A DNA stretch of 64,000 bases from Carpediemonas membranifera BICM (GCA_019828565.1 JAHDYR010000064.1:248001-312000); one strand, 5' to 3'; positions 50,601-59,583 are shown, counted from the first letter of the stretch. Numbers and translations: made by a program. The notes: generated from the sequence alone by a model not told the origin.

Positions 50601-53306
50601 CCCGGCATCAGCGCAGGCCTGGGCGACCAGTTCATTGAGGCGACTCTGGTTGAGCGGGGCGAGTAAGTCGCGCATCTCGGCGTTTGTAGGAGCCTCAAAG
50701 TAAAGACCATGCTCATCCATGTTGACACTGGCAGGAGGGTGGGTCAGCCTCATCTCGAAGGAGCGCGGCAAGCCTGTGGCGATGATGTGGATGACGACCC
50801 GCGCCAGGTCGGTGAGCTTGAGGGGTGAGTCGTTGGACGGCAGGCGAATGTCAGCGCCGAGCGTGGATTGGGCGCAGACCTCACCGATCTCAGGCGCGTG
50901 TTCAATATGCCACAGCTTGGTAATCTGATCATCTGATCCAGAGAGCAGGGTCGACCCATCTGGGGAGAAAGCGACGCTATTCACACGATTGTCATGACCC
51001 CCGAGCGTCTTGAAGCACTTTCTGCTTCCGATGTTCCAGAGCTTGGCAGTGTTGTCATAAGACCCAGAGGCAAGGGTCTTGCCGTCAGGGGAGAAGGCGA
51101 CACAGCAGACCGCACTCGCGTGCCACCAGAGATCGGCGACACGCTCCCAGGTCCTGGTGTCCCAGAGTCTGATGGTATCATCGTAAGACCCAGAGGCCAG
51201 CAGAGCGCCGTCCGGGGAGATGGCGACGGTGGTGACAGAATCCTTGTGGCCCTCCAGAGTCTGCTCGAGTCTCCCCGACTCAGCGTCCCATACCTTGATC
51301 GTATTATCATATGATCCAGAGACGATGGTCTTGCCGTCGGGGGAGATGGCGACGGAGTAGACCCAATTGGAGTGCCCTTCCATCGTCCTGCACTTGCCGG
51401 TGGCGACGTCCCACGACCTGACTGTCTTGTCATCGGATCCGGACACCAGCGTCTTGCCGTCTGTGGAGAATGCGAGGCCTCTCACATTGTTGGCATGTTT
51501 CTTGAGCGTCTTGACGAGTCTGCCGGTCTGGTCCCACAGCTTGATCTTGTGGTCACCCCCGCCCGAGGCGATGGTCGACCCGCCCGGGGAGACGGCGATA
51601 CACCAAACATGCCCACCATGCTTCATCGTCATCTTGCACACGCCGCGCTTGTCCCACAGCTTGATCGTCCCATCCCATGACCCAGTGACCCTGGTGCCGT
51701 CAGGGAGGAAGGCGACGCTGGACACAGCTCTGGAGTGACCCTCTATCGTCTGGATGCGCTCATTCATCCTCGCATTCCAGGCAGCAAGCATCGCGTCGAC
51801 GGCGTTATCTCGCTTGTCGGCGACCAGCCTCCCAAGCCTCATCGTGACAGTGAGGTCGGGCTCAGTCAGCCTCATGCTGAACTCTCTGGGCCGCACCAAC
51901 AGATTGTCGAGGACGCGGGTGAGGTCGGCGACGGTGCCCTCGAGGCGGACGATGGCCGCGGCCGGGACGGGCTGGGCGAGGGTCTGGTCGAGGGCGATGA
52001 GCTCGGGAGAGCGACTGAGGGACCACTGCTTGGCGGTCTTGTCCTTTGACCCAGAGAGCAGGGTCGACCCATCTGGGGAGAAGGCGACGCTGAACACGAA
52101 ATCGGTATGGCCCTTGAGCGTTTCAAGGCACTTACCGCTGCCAACGCTCCAGAGCTTGATGCTGTCAGACCCAGAGGCGAGGGTCCTGCTGTCGGGCGAG
52201 AAGGCGACGCTGTTGACATAATCTGTGTGCCCTCTGAGGACGGCGACGCACTCCCAGGTCCTGGTGTCCCAGAGTCTGATGGCGTTGTCATTCGACCCAG
52301 AGGCCAGCAGAGCGCCGTCTGGGGAGATGGCGACGGAGTAGACAGAACTCGTGTTATCCTCCAGAGTCTGCTCGAGTCTCCCCGACTCAGCGACCCACAC
52401 CTTGATCGTATTATCATATGATCCAGAGACGATGGTCTTGCCGTCGGGGGAGATGGCGACGGAGAACACTTCTGACGAGTGCCCTTCCATCGTCCTGCAC
52501 TTGCCGGTGGCGACGTCCCACGACCTGACTGTCCGATCACTGGATCCGGACACCAGCTTCTTACCGTCTGGGGAGAACGTTAGGCCTCTCACATCCTTGA
52601 AGTGCCCCTCGAGCGTCTTGACGAGTCTGCCGGTCTGGTCCCACAGCTTGATGTTGTGGTCATCACCGCCCGAGGCGATGGTCGACCCGCCCGGGGAGAC
52701 GGCGATACACCAAACATGCCCACCATGCTTCATCGTCATCTTGCACACGCCGCGCTTGTCCCACAGCTTGATCGTCCCATCCCATGACCCAGTGACCCTG
52801 GTGCCGTCAGGGAGGAAGGCGACGCTGGACACAGCTCTGGAGTGACCCTCTATCGTCTGGATGCGCTCATTCATCCTCGCATTCCAGGCAGCAAGCATCG
52901 CGTCGACGGCGTTATCTCGCTTGTCGGCGACCAGCCTCCCAAGCCTCATCGTGACAGTGAGGTCGGGCTCAGTCAGCCTCATGCTGAACTCTCTGGGCCG
53001 CACCGACAGATTGTCGAGGACGCGGGCGAGGTCTGTTACAATCAGTGGCGATTCGGCCAAGGGAAGAAGTTGGAACTTGTCCTCTGGGGTGAAAACGCGC
53101 ATCGCGGCATCTCTAATCCAGCCATCAACTAATTTGCATGCATAACTGGGTGAAATTCTCGGGGAGGACGCACCATTGCTGAGTTCCACTGCGTTAGCGC
53201 TCTTGAACTGGCCGCGGGCTGCATCTCTGCGCTGAAAGGGCAGGTAACGTACCAGCTGTGTAAATTGAGCGTATGAAACGAACTTTCTACATCGTCGCAG
53301 CTTCAT
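47634..53306 (-). CDS. Multidomain protein: two WD40 propellers, unassigned repeats, ankyrin repeats and a tyrosine-kinase-like kinase
   Basis: Highly regular GH..V.SVAFSPDG..LASGS.D repeats; GQSPLH, TALVFA and PPLFAA ankyrins; GEGGMAAV, AVK, HRDLKSLN, DFG and WMAPE kinase motifs. Confidence 0.9.
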   Translation of the reverse strand: MKLRRCRKFVSYAQFTQLVRYLPFQRRDAARGQFKSANAVELSNGASSPRISPSYACKLVDGWIRDAAMRVFTPEDKFQLLPLAESPLIVTDLARVLDNLSVRPREFSMRLTEPDLTVTMRLGRLVADKRDNAVDAMLAAWNARMNERIQTIEGHSRAVSSVAFLPDGTRVTGSWDGTIKLWDKRGVCKMTMKHGGHVWCIAVSPGGSTIASGGDDHNIKLWDQTGRLVKTLEGHFKDVRGLTFSPDGKKLVSGSSDRTVRSWDVATGKCRTMEGHSSEVFSVAISPDGKTIVSGSYDNTIKVWVAESGRLEQTLEDNTSSVYSVAISPDGALLASGSNDNAIRLWDTRTWECVAVLRGHTDYVNSVAFSPDSRTLASGSDSIKLWSVGSGKCLETLKGHTDFVFSVAFSPDGSTLLSGSKDKTAKQWSLSRSPELIALDQTLAQPVPAAAIVRLEGTVADLTRVLDNLLVRPREFSMRLTEPDLTVTMRLGRLVADKRDNAVDAMLAAWNARMNERIQTIEGHSRAVSSVAFLPDGTRVTGSWDGTIKLWDKRGVCKMTMKHGGHVWCIAVSPGGSTIASGGGDHKIKLWDQTGRLVKTLKKHANNVRGLAFSTDGKTLVSGSDDKTVRSWDVATGKCRTMEGHSNWVYSVAISPDGKTIVSGSYDNTIKVWDAESGRLEQTLEGHKDSVTTVAISPDGALLASGSYDDTIRLWDTRTWERVADLWWHASAVCCVAFSPDGKTLASGSYDNTAKLWNIGSRKCFKTLGGHDNRVNSVAFSPDGSTLLSGSDDQITKLWHIEHAPEIGEVCAQSTLGADIRLPSNDSPLKLTDLARVVIHIIATGLPRSFEMRLTHPPASVNMDEHGLYFEAPTNAEMRDLLAPLNQSRLNELVAQACADAGIALPAASTAVVDPSGFISVSPADCKVAEALIPFNRPHIDAAVARLCAKVVTSDTAISVTHADLPALKKLLAHVEAIGVAPRSFEVQLDDPAAAVTLGPTGFEVAPPSNVVRNVVSGFSFLTAHLDAISADNEISLGEHAPLTIDDLKTVVGLLLRRETLPTSFEMRLTRPECTISSDRNGFFQSSPETAEVQTALNPLNCAQLSRRLSEICAEPITEETDLCIAFGSHVPCFTSDMRRVLDHVTAGDVLPRSFAMAVHHPKTTVSLGPRGFTSTHANPEVNAILEQVNAQPSVVRRVKVHETERMLGDADDAMYSNANFDISKRLLAQAESLLGTINPHAEQHEPRVLALRTDLARLQPVQALAKDPMPALRGRVKEALDKSDELHAHIISGDVDKMHSKKLLRSGKFGPVVLNCLNREGQSPLHNAFVHDQPQAFATLLKAGCLLDDSFPDGHPLLAAVVKPPMLAAMLSAKVDIDTVSRNTTALVFAIQGGHWDSATKLLARGADPLLPPVGVNALQAVKGVADPLMTGVIRAAINDALTKLLNNAITQGDTAAVKRLLAAGVPANGVEGKMPPLFAAVKAGGFDIVSLLLKHGADQTATYKGKTAAQTVKKGSNLQYLLMHDQTPEPLVQPDLNADITKPAGSIAFSQADRIGEGGMAAVFRGTYSGSECAVKVVEQCDLNAMQADRLQNEIHVHKQLRHNNVIALYALEQDDREIRLALELASGSLSALLLSKVDLPWDARLKFARDIAAAMAFIAGEGYEHRDLKSLNVLVSKGSAKISDFGLTARLGDHVNFVEGSWPWMAPERFDGVGGEKADVYAFGITLWEIAARDIPYRQERLGLDAIRAHVRAGYRPRIPAGTPAAVGELIRRCVALDPHDRPTFTEVIATLPDSVSTEMYTESAVRNHEVDTLANASAPGMMTLGEGLPAIIGTVGQTFGNASAPWMTLSEDERAAALAAMGTVTATYRTNAPSAPGLRTLNDMYR
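50910..53033 (-). repeat. Internal tandem duplication, period 1107 bp (369 aa)
   Basis: For example 52981 matches 51874 and 53021 matches 51914; the first several hundred bp of each unit are almost identical. Confidence 0.92.
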
Positions 53307-53479
53307 CTCGACGAATTTTGGAAGGTGCCAACGACTGTCGGTTAATATCGTGACAGAGCGGCATTAAGCCCCAATCCGCCCCGATCGACGGCAATTGCTG
53401 GGTACCAACGCTTATTGGACACTTGACTGACCCTTCAGAGCCCAACAGCTTTTGACATAAAGTGCACTTTGGCAAAGTG

Positions 53480-54272
53480 ATGGATGCAGACAACGGCTCG
53501 ACCAGAGCTGTTTATGAGCGTGTAATTGAGCTTGTATCAAACATTATTCCCCAAATTCTCGAACAGAACACGATTCTAGCTCCGTTTGATGTGAATATGT
53601 TCAACTCAATTTGGCGAGACGCTCTCAAGTCTACTGGAGCGGTAGACGACATAGAACCAAGCTCAGTTCGCTATATTCTTCCGTCTTACGCAGCATGATA
53701 TCAACCCCGGTGCCCGCCAGGCGTATGACTCGCTGCCGCCCCCACCAATGCCTGTCAAGCTGCCGGGCCCGCTGGACCCCCCTTCCCCACGCCGCATCCC
53801 CGCAGAGGCATCACATCAGCCTGTCCCTGAGCCGGCCAGCAACGCTGAGCCCAGTCCCAGCGAGGCGGAAGCGTCGGATGATGACAGTGACGTGCCAAGC
53901 GACTCGGAATCCGACTCCGACGTTCCCGCAGAGCCACAGACTGTCGTCACCACAGGCGAGGACGGTGTTACTGTTGAGCTTCCCCCTGAATTTCAGGAGA
54001 GGTCGCAGGAGGCGAGCGGCAGTGAATCTGAATCAGACTCAGAGTCGGAGTCGGAGTCAGAGTCGGAGTCAGAGTCGGAGGACCCGGAGCCAGTGTACCG
54101 CACCCCGAACACCCTGGTCTGCAAGATAGACGCCTTGTCAAGGACAAAGTCCAAAAAGAAGGGAATGGCCGGTTGGCGGTACAAGTTCGACATTGGGCAG
54201 GGGATGCTCACTGTTAACGGGCGAGAGAACCTCATATCGGGCGGCGTGCTCACTTTTATTGACCCTCTCTGA
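53480..54272 (+). CDS. Transcription factor IIA large subunit (alpha/beta, Toa1-like); intron 53666-53693
   Basis: N-terminal VYERVIELV...IWRDALKSTGAV, acidic linker, C-terminal NTLVCKIDALSRTK...KFDIGQGMLTVNGRE; a 28-nt phase-0 intron joins the two ORFs. Confidence 0.8.
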
Positions 54273-54395
54273 GCTGGATAATTCGAACCTCGGCCTTGAG
54301 TTTTTAATAAAATAAGCGTGAATTTTGTGCGCATACAGCAGGGTGTAGCAAGGTATAGGCACTAAGCTGCGTCCCAGTGTCATGCTCAGGCGACA

Positions 54396-55071
54396 TGAAG
54401 TATCATAGAGTGCACAGTGCAAGCACTGCGTCTCTCCACTTCAATTAGCTTGCCCGGAGGCGAAGACTAGCGGCTGGTTAGCCGTAATTGGTGTATTGGG
54501 GTTATAGTTGGGAAGACGGGCTGAAGGTCTTGGATTTCTGAAAGCACTGGCTTGATACTGTGCATCCATCATGAGGCCGCAATCCAAGATGTTCTGTGCA
54601 GCAGTCTTGTCTCTGTGGGAGAGATTGAGCCAAGTGGATGTAGTAGGATCGGAATTGAGGCGTTGCTGTCTGTACCATGGAGCACCTTGACAATTCGGGT
54701 TGTGGCATCGCATCGTGCGCCTCGTGTAGCGAGTTCTACGGAACCTCGCGCGGGAGAAGGGGCAGACGAGTGAGATACTGCAGTCTTCCGATACTGATTT
54801 ATAAAAATTTATATAAATCTACTTTATTCTCCTCCCTGGAGGGTCCCGTACTGGGGGACGCCGATCGGCCTCTCCTATGCGACGTCCTCCCGGAGGAGTG
54901 GCTGGTCTCGGCTGGCCGTTTGTAACATACCAAGGGATTAAATTCCATAAACTGCACAATGACTCAGGGCAAGAATGACCCAATCAATTGGTCACCACAG
55001 CTGCCTCCTCTCCCGGTGGTTGATGACCCCCGACGATGATGACTGATCTCAATCGTCTATAGCAGACTTCA
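54396..55071 (-). mobile_element. 676-bp non-autonomous DNA transposon, TGAAGT...ACTTCA termini, 5-bp TSD CGACA
   Basis: CGACA at 54391-54395 and 55072-55076; terminal inverted TGAAGT/ACTTCA; both ends recur in the 35351-35417 mini-element. Confidence 0.9.
54441..54818 (-). pseudogene. C-terminal fragment of a Fanzor/TnpB-like RuvC nuclease
   Basis: Open frame VSEDCSISLVCPFS...RRTMRCHNPNC...HRDKTAAQNIL...RP matches the V.E..TS..C..C...C..C...RD..AA.NI RuvC-II/Zn-finger/RuvC-III layout. The N-terminus is missing and the second Cys is lost. Confidence 0.7.
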
Positions 55072-55112
55072 CGACAGCACTCCGCACTTTATGGCAAGAA
55101 ATCTTCGACATC

Positions 55113-56273
55113 ATGGAGACGGCGAACGGAGCGATTGGATTGGCCGTTCCAACCGTAGATAGTAACAGCAGCATTGAAGATGTTAAGCTGCTCACGGACG
55201 AGAACGAACAGCTGCAGAAGCGCTTCCTGGAGTGTCGATCTGAATGTGACTCCCTTAGAGCTGCTTTGGCGGAGTATGAGAGCACTCTTCAGCTTGCTCT
55301 ATATCGTGTTGAGGATAGTAGCAGTACACAATGCGCTTTGCTTCAGGACCGGGTCAATCTCGTGAACAAGTCGAATAGCCGGCTGACGTCGGACTACAAG
55401 ACCGTTGTTCGGTCCTTCCAAGACCTTCAGACGAAATATGAGAACCTCAAGCTTGATACCAACGCAAATGCTGAGAACGTGAAGCTTCTTAAGGACGAGA
55501 ACCAAGAGCTTCGCCAAAAGATGAGCGTCGCGGAGGATAAGTTCCAAAGCATGCGGCAGGTGTTCGAGACAAAGCTCGCCACCATGAAGGAGCGCGTCGC
55601 TGAAGAGCAGGCTAAAACGGCCGAATCTGAGCGCCGAGCCGCTGACCTCGAGGAAGCCGCTCGGGCCAAGGATGACATGGTAGCTCAGGCCAGAGGCGAC
55701 CTCGTGAAGGCGAACAACACCATCACTGACGCGAGACGGGAGTGCGACATGCTCCGTATGAAGGTGGACTCTGCTCAGCGGGCGGCGGAGGACGCCGAGA
55801 GTTCCCGGGTTCATGAGGCACGGCGGGTCGAGAGTGCGCGGCAGACTATCGCACAGCTGCAGGCTAAGCTGGCCACCGAGGGTGAGCGCTACTCTGATGC
55901 GCAGGAGACGATTACTGGCCTCAACGGCGAGCTCGGCGGAATGAAGCAGTTACAGGCACAGAACGAGCAACTGCAGAAGGAGATCGAGGCCCAGAAGGTC
56001 GAACTCAACGCAGTTAAAGTCCGCGCCTTCGATGCAGCCCAGGAGCTCGAGCGTCAGCGTATCGCCAGTGCCAGCGGAGGAGACGAAGAATGGAAGGAGA
56101 GACTCCAGCTCGTCGTCCAGCAGGCCGAAAGGTACCGGGCAGAAAGGGATGAGGCCAGGACAGCCCTGGAAGCGAAGGAAACGGAGCGGGTCCAGCTTGT
56201 GGAGCTGTGCAATGAGCTCGTTGGAAAGCTCGAGGCGACCGCGGCAGAGGGCGAGACGGAGGCGGCAGAGTAA
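55113..56273 (+). CDS. TACC-domain coiled-coil protein
   Basis: SDYKTVVRSFQDLQTKYENLK and KETERVQLVELCNELVGKLE match TACC C-terminal motifs (SFSDLFKR; ENEELT.ICDDLI.K). Confidence 0.7.
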   Translation: METANGAIGLAVPTVDSNSSIEDVKLLTDENEQLQKRFLECRSECDSLRAALAEYESTLQLALYRVEDSSSTQCALLQDRVNLVNKSNSRLTSDYKTVVRSFQDLQTKYENLKLDTNANAENVKLLKDENQELRQKMSVAEDKFQSMRQVFETKLATMKERVAEEQAKTAESERRAADLEEAARAKDDMVAQARGDLVKANNTITDARRECDMLRMKVDSAQRAAEDAESSRVHEARRVESARQTIAQLQAKLATEGERYSDAQETITGLNGELGGMKQLQAQNEQLQKEIEAQKVELNAVKVRAFDAAQELERQRIASASGGDEEWKERLQLVVQQAERYRAERDEARTALEAKETERVQLVELCNELVGKLEATAAEGETEAAE

Positions 56274-56377
56274 ATGTATTTTCAGAGTTGAGTGTGTTGG
56301 CGGGGTGTGGAGAGTGATTTATGGGTGATACATGAGGAAAATGTATTGCGCGGAAACGAAGCAGCGTTTGTCGTGCA

Positions 56378-57666
56378 ATGAAGCTCAAGCGCTTTCTTCT
56401 GAGATACTATCCACCAGGAATCCTTCTAGAGTACATTCAGAGCAATGAGCTTCGGGCGAAATCGATTGATCTGCTCTCTCTTGAGCCCGAGACGGATACC
56501 GAGACGTTGCTCGACAGTATCGCTAGTCAGGAGCCTCTCATCTCGAATTCTCGCAAACCGCAAGTCAGAAAGCTCATCGAGAGTTTGTTACCAGCCTCCT
56601 TGCTCACGCAGAACTCAAAGAGAAACTGAACGAACCAACCCCCGACAACTTCTACCTCTACAAGGTCCTAGGCGCCCACCTCCTGCCTCTAACCAACACC
56701 TCGTTCAACAAGGCAGGCGACAAGTTCATCACAGGCTCGTACGACCGGACATGCAAGGTCTGGGACACGGTCACTGGAGAAGAGCTCATGACGCTGGAAG
56801 GGCACCAGAACGTCGTCTACTGCATCGCATTCAACATCCCGTACGGCGACCGTATCATCACTGGCTCATTCGACCGCACCGCCAGGATCTGGGACGTAGC
56901 CACTGGTGAGTGTCTCCACATCCTCTCGGGGCACACCCAGGAGATCGTGTGTGTCGCGTTCAACCCGAGCGGTACGATCGCTGCCACTGGTTCCCTGGAT
57001 ATGACGGTTCGCCTGTGGGATGTCGAGACTGGCCTCCTCGTTCACACTCTTTCAGGCCACACGAGCGAAGTGGTAAGCATTGACTTCGATACAAGGGGCG
57101 ACCGAATCGTCACAGGATCTTTCGACCACACGGCGCGGCTGTGGGATGTCTCCACGGGCGAGTGTCTCCACACTCTCCAGGGGCACACGGGCGAGGTGAC
57201 CTCTGCTACGTTTGACTACAGCGGCGACCTTGTACTCACCGCATCGAGTGATGGGTCGTGCCGGCTTTGGTCAGTCGACGTCGGCCACTGCGCGAAGAGT
57301 GTCACTGACCACGAAGACGAGGTCCTTGACGCCAGGTTCAACTGGACGGGGGCCATGTTCGCGTCGGTAGGCATGGACGGCCTGGGATACGTCTACGACA
57401 CCGCCACTGGGGCCAAGCTGGGCGTGCTCGAGGGCCACAGCGGCGAGGTGAGCAGGCTGATGTTTAGTCCGCAAGGCACTCGTGTCATCACCGCATCAAT
57501 TGATAACACGTGCAGAATATGGTCCGTGGAGCCGGGCGATGTCGGGCGGTGCGTGCAGGTGCTCGAAGGGCACTCGGACGAGATCTTTACATGCCTATAT
57601 AACTACGCTGGCGACACTATTATCACCGGGTCGAAGGATAACACGTGCAGGGTGTGGAAGGCTTAG
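56378..57666 (+). CDS. DAW1: Dynein assembly factor ODA16/WDR69; intron 56583-56611
   Basis: Diagnostic N-terminus [19 protein letters not shown]; a 29-nt intron restores [33 protein letters not shown] and the WD40 repeats. Confidence 0.95.
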
Positions 57667-57714
57667 CCCGCGTTTATTAAACAATGTCTCATTATCGTGT
57701 GACATGTTAATGGC

Positions 57715-58488
57715 CTATACCATCATGTCGATGCCAAGGATGCGGTCGATGAGGCGAATGAGGAGTCGTTCAATCTTGCGCCGAATCTTGAGATCCCAGC
57801 GATATGACGGGATCTTCTTCTGCGGGAAGATTGAATCGAAACGATCATGGCTGCCCCTCCCAGCCTCTGTCGGCGGCTGCTCCGTTGGGGCGTCCTCCAC
57901 AGCCTCGAACGACACCGCCGCCAAGTCGACGTCGGTGTGAACGGTGTATTCTGTGTAGTCATCGTGTTCTGTAATGGCTGAGTCAGTGACTTTGTCGAAA
58001 GAAGATGAGTCGACCCCGACTTCACGGTCTGTTACAGGTCTGGCAGCGAAGCTCAGCCTACGGTTCGCACGGTTGGCTCGTCCTGCCCATTCTATGTCGT
58101 CGAATGAGAAGGAGAGGCTCTTCAGCTCTGTTTCTATGAGAATGGACTCCTCCTTGGTGACTTCAGACTTCACCACGTCGATCTTGAAACCGTAACGAGT
58201 CTTAAACTGGCGAACGGTGTCAAGATCCGTGTTGGTGCGATCACTCCTCGCACTAGCTGCCTCGGATCGGGCTGTACGTGCCGTCTCTTCTTCTTCGGCT
58301 CGAAGGCGTTCAAGGTTCAAGCGGAGTTGTGGGTTTTGGTGGAGTTCCACGATTAGCTTCACGTCTTTCTTTCTCATTCTAAGCATTCCTGCTATCTCAG
58401 CGGGTGAATGGCCGAGAAGGGTGAATTGGACGACCATTTCGGCCTTGTTCGCGTCTGTTCGGTATTCTAATCTTCGAAAGTCGTTCAT
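57715..58488 (-). CDS. Hypothetical protein (possible N-terminal HTH)
   Basis: Long ORF with LGHSPAEIAGMLRM; start uncertain. Confidence 0.45.
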   Translation of the reverse strand: MNDFRRLEYRTDANKAEMVVQFTLLGHSPAEIAGMLRMRKKDVKLIVELHQNPQLRLNLERLRAEEEETARTARSEAASARSDRTNTDLDTVRQFKTRYGFKIDVVKSEVTKEESILIETELKSLSFSFDDIEWAGRANRANRRLSFAARPVTDREVGVDSSSFDKVTDSAITEHDDYTEYTVHTDVDLAAVSFEAVEDAPTEQPPTEAGRGSHDRFDSIFPQKKIPSYRWDLKIRRKIERLLIRLIDRILGIDMMV

Positions 58489-59022
58489 TTTGAGATATTG
58501 TAGAGAAACTGTCTTCAAGCAACTGCTGTTCTTGTTCTTAGCTCCTCTAGGCCGCCAAATAACGACCTATTTCGAAATCGATCGTCAATAACTGACATGG
58601 CATGATCTCGTTACAGATTGCGTAAGATGATTCGGACAATCTCGAGATTGATGATATCGTCGTTCTTGTGAAAGAGAGCGTCATTGCCACGGGTTGACTG
58701 AATCTAGCGTGACGTCCGACATCTGGCGACATCTACTCGGGTGGGTCGACCCAGCAACGGAGTCCGTGTGGCATATATCGTGAAGATTGGACCGTAGGTC
58801 AAGAACTCCAGAAGTATCATCGGGGACCCTGTGCTAGTGTTGCTCGTTACAATGAGACTCGGACCTGATCATGTCTACTTCCAGATTTTCGATCGCGATA
58901 CGTTCACAAGGTCCCATTTACTTTTCAGAGAAGCAGGGGCACACTCAACTTGGGGCTGACCAACCAAAGGTCGACCGCCATGGAATGTTCGAATCACGAC
59001 AGTGTCATGCCACACAGCTTCT

Positions 59023-59583
59023 TTAGTCGGAGCCAGAGCTTGAGCTGGAACTGGAACTAGACTTCTCCGAACCATCCTTCTTTGCCTCAGGTGTACTGTT
59101 GAACCAGCTATCGACGATACTATACGGGCTGTAGCCATAGTCGATGTCGGCTTGAGGCGGCGGCATGACTGGGTACACTGGGTAGGCCTCGGTCACAATC
59201 GGTAGTGCGGGCGGGGGCGGGTTGACAGTCTCAGCCGGAGCAGCAGCAACCTCAGCCACCAGGTCGACCACTGGCAACAAACCCTGGTGTGGCATTGGCA
59301 TCATGGGAGGCTGGTTATAGACAGGCATGACCTCGGCCGGGACTGGGCGCATTCGTGTCTTACGCTTGCGCTTGATGACCAAGGCGAGGAAGATGACGGG
59401 GCCGACTGTTTGCACGCACATGCTCACGAAACATGCCAGAAGGAAGAACAAGATAAACCCGATAATCACAATGACCGCGGGATTAATGCTGACCACGGAT
59501 TCAAAGCCGAGCAGTTTGAGCGGATCCAGCCGTTGCGTGGACGCGCGGTTGCTTGAAAAATTGCAAGAATTAGATCGTCTCAA
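59023..59583 (-). CDS. Membrane protein 3' portion (TM helix, basic stop-transfer, Pro-rich tail); 5' end unresolved
   Basis: PAVIVIIGFILFFLLACFV...KRKRK followed by a Pro/Ser-rich tail; the frame has no N-terminal ATG. Confidence 0.45.
   Translation of the reverse strand: MRRSNSCNFSSNRASTQRLDPLKLLGFESVVSINPAVIVIIGFILFFLLACFVSMCVQTVGPVIFLALVIKRKRKTRMRPVPAEVMPVYNQPPMMPMPHQGLLPVVDLVAEVAAAPAETVNPPPPALPIVTEAYPVYPVMPPPQADIDYGYSPYSIVDSWFNSTPEAKKDGSEKSSSSSSSSSGSD

Noticed and set aside
54020-54080. GAGTCR hexamer array
   Set aside because: Encodes the (SE)n linker of TFIIA; it has no spacers, so it is not CRISPR.
58811-58820. GAAGTATCAT, a 10-bp match to the transposon right end
   Set aside because: No terminal TG, no extension and no partner end.
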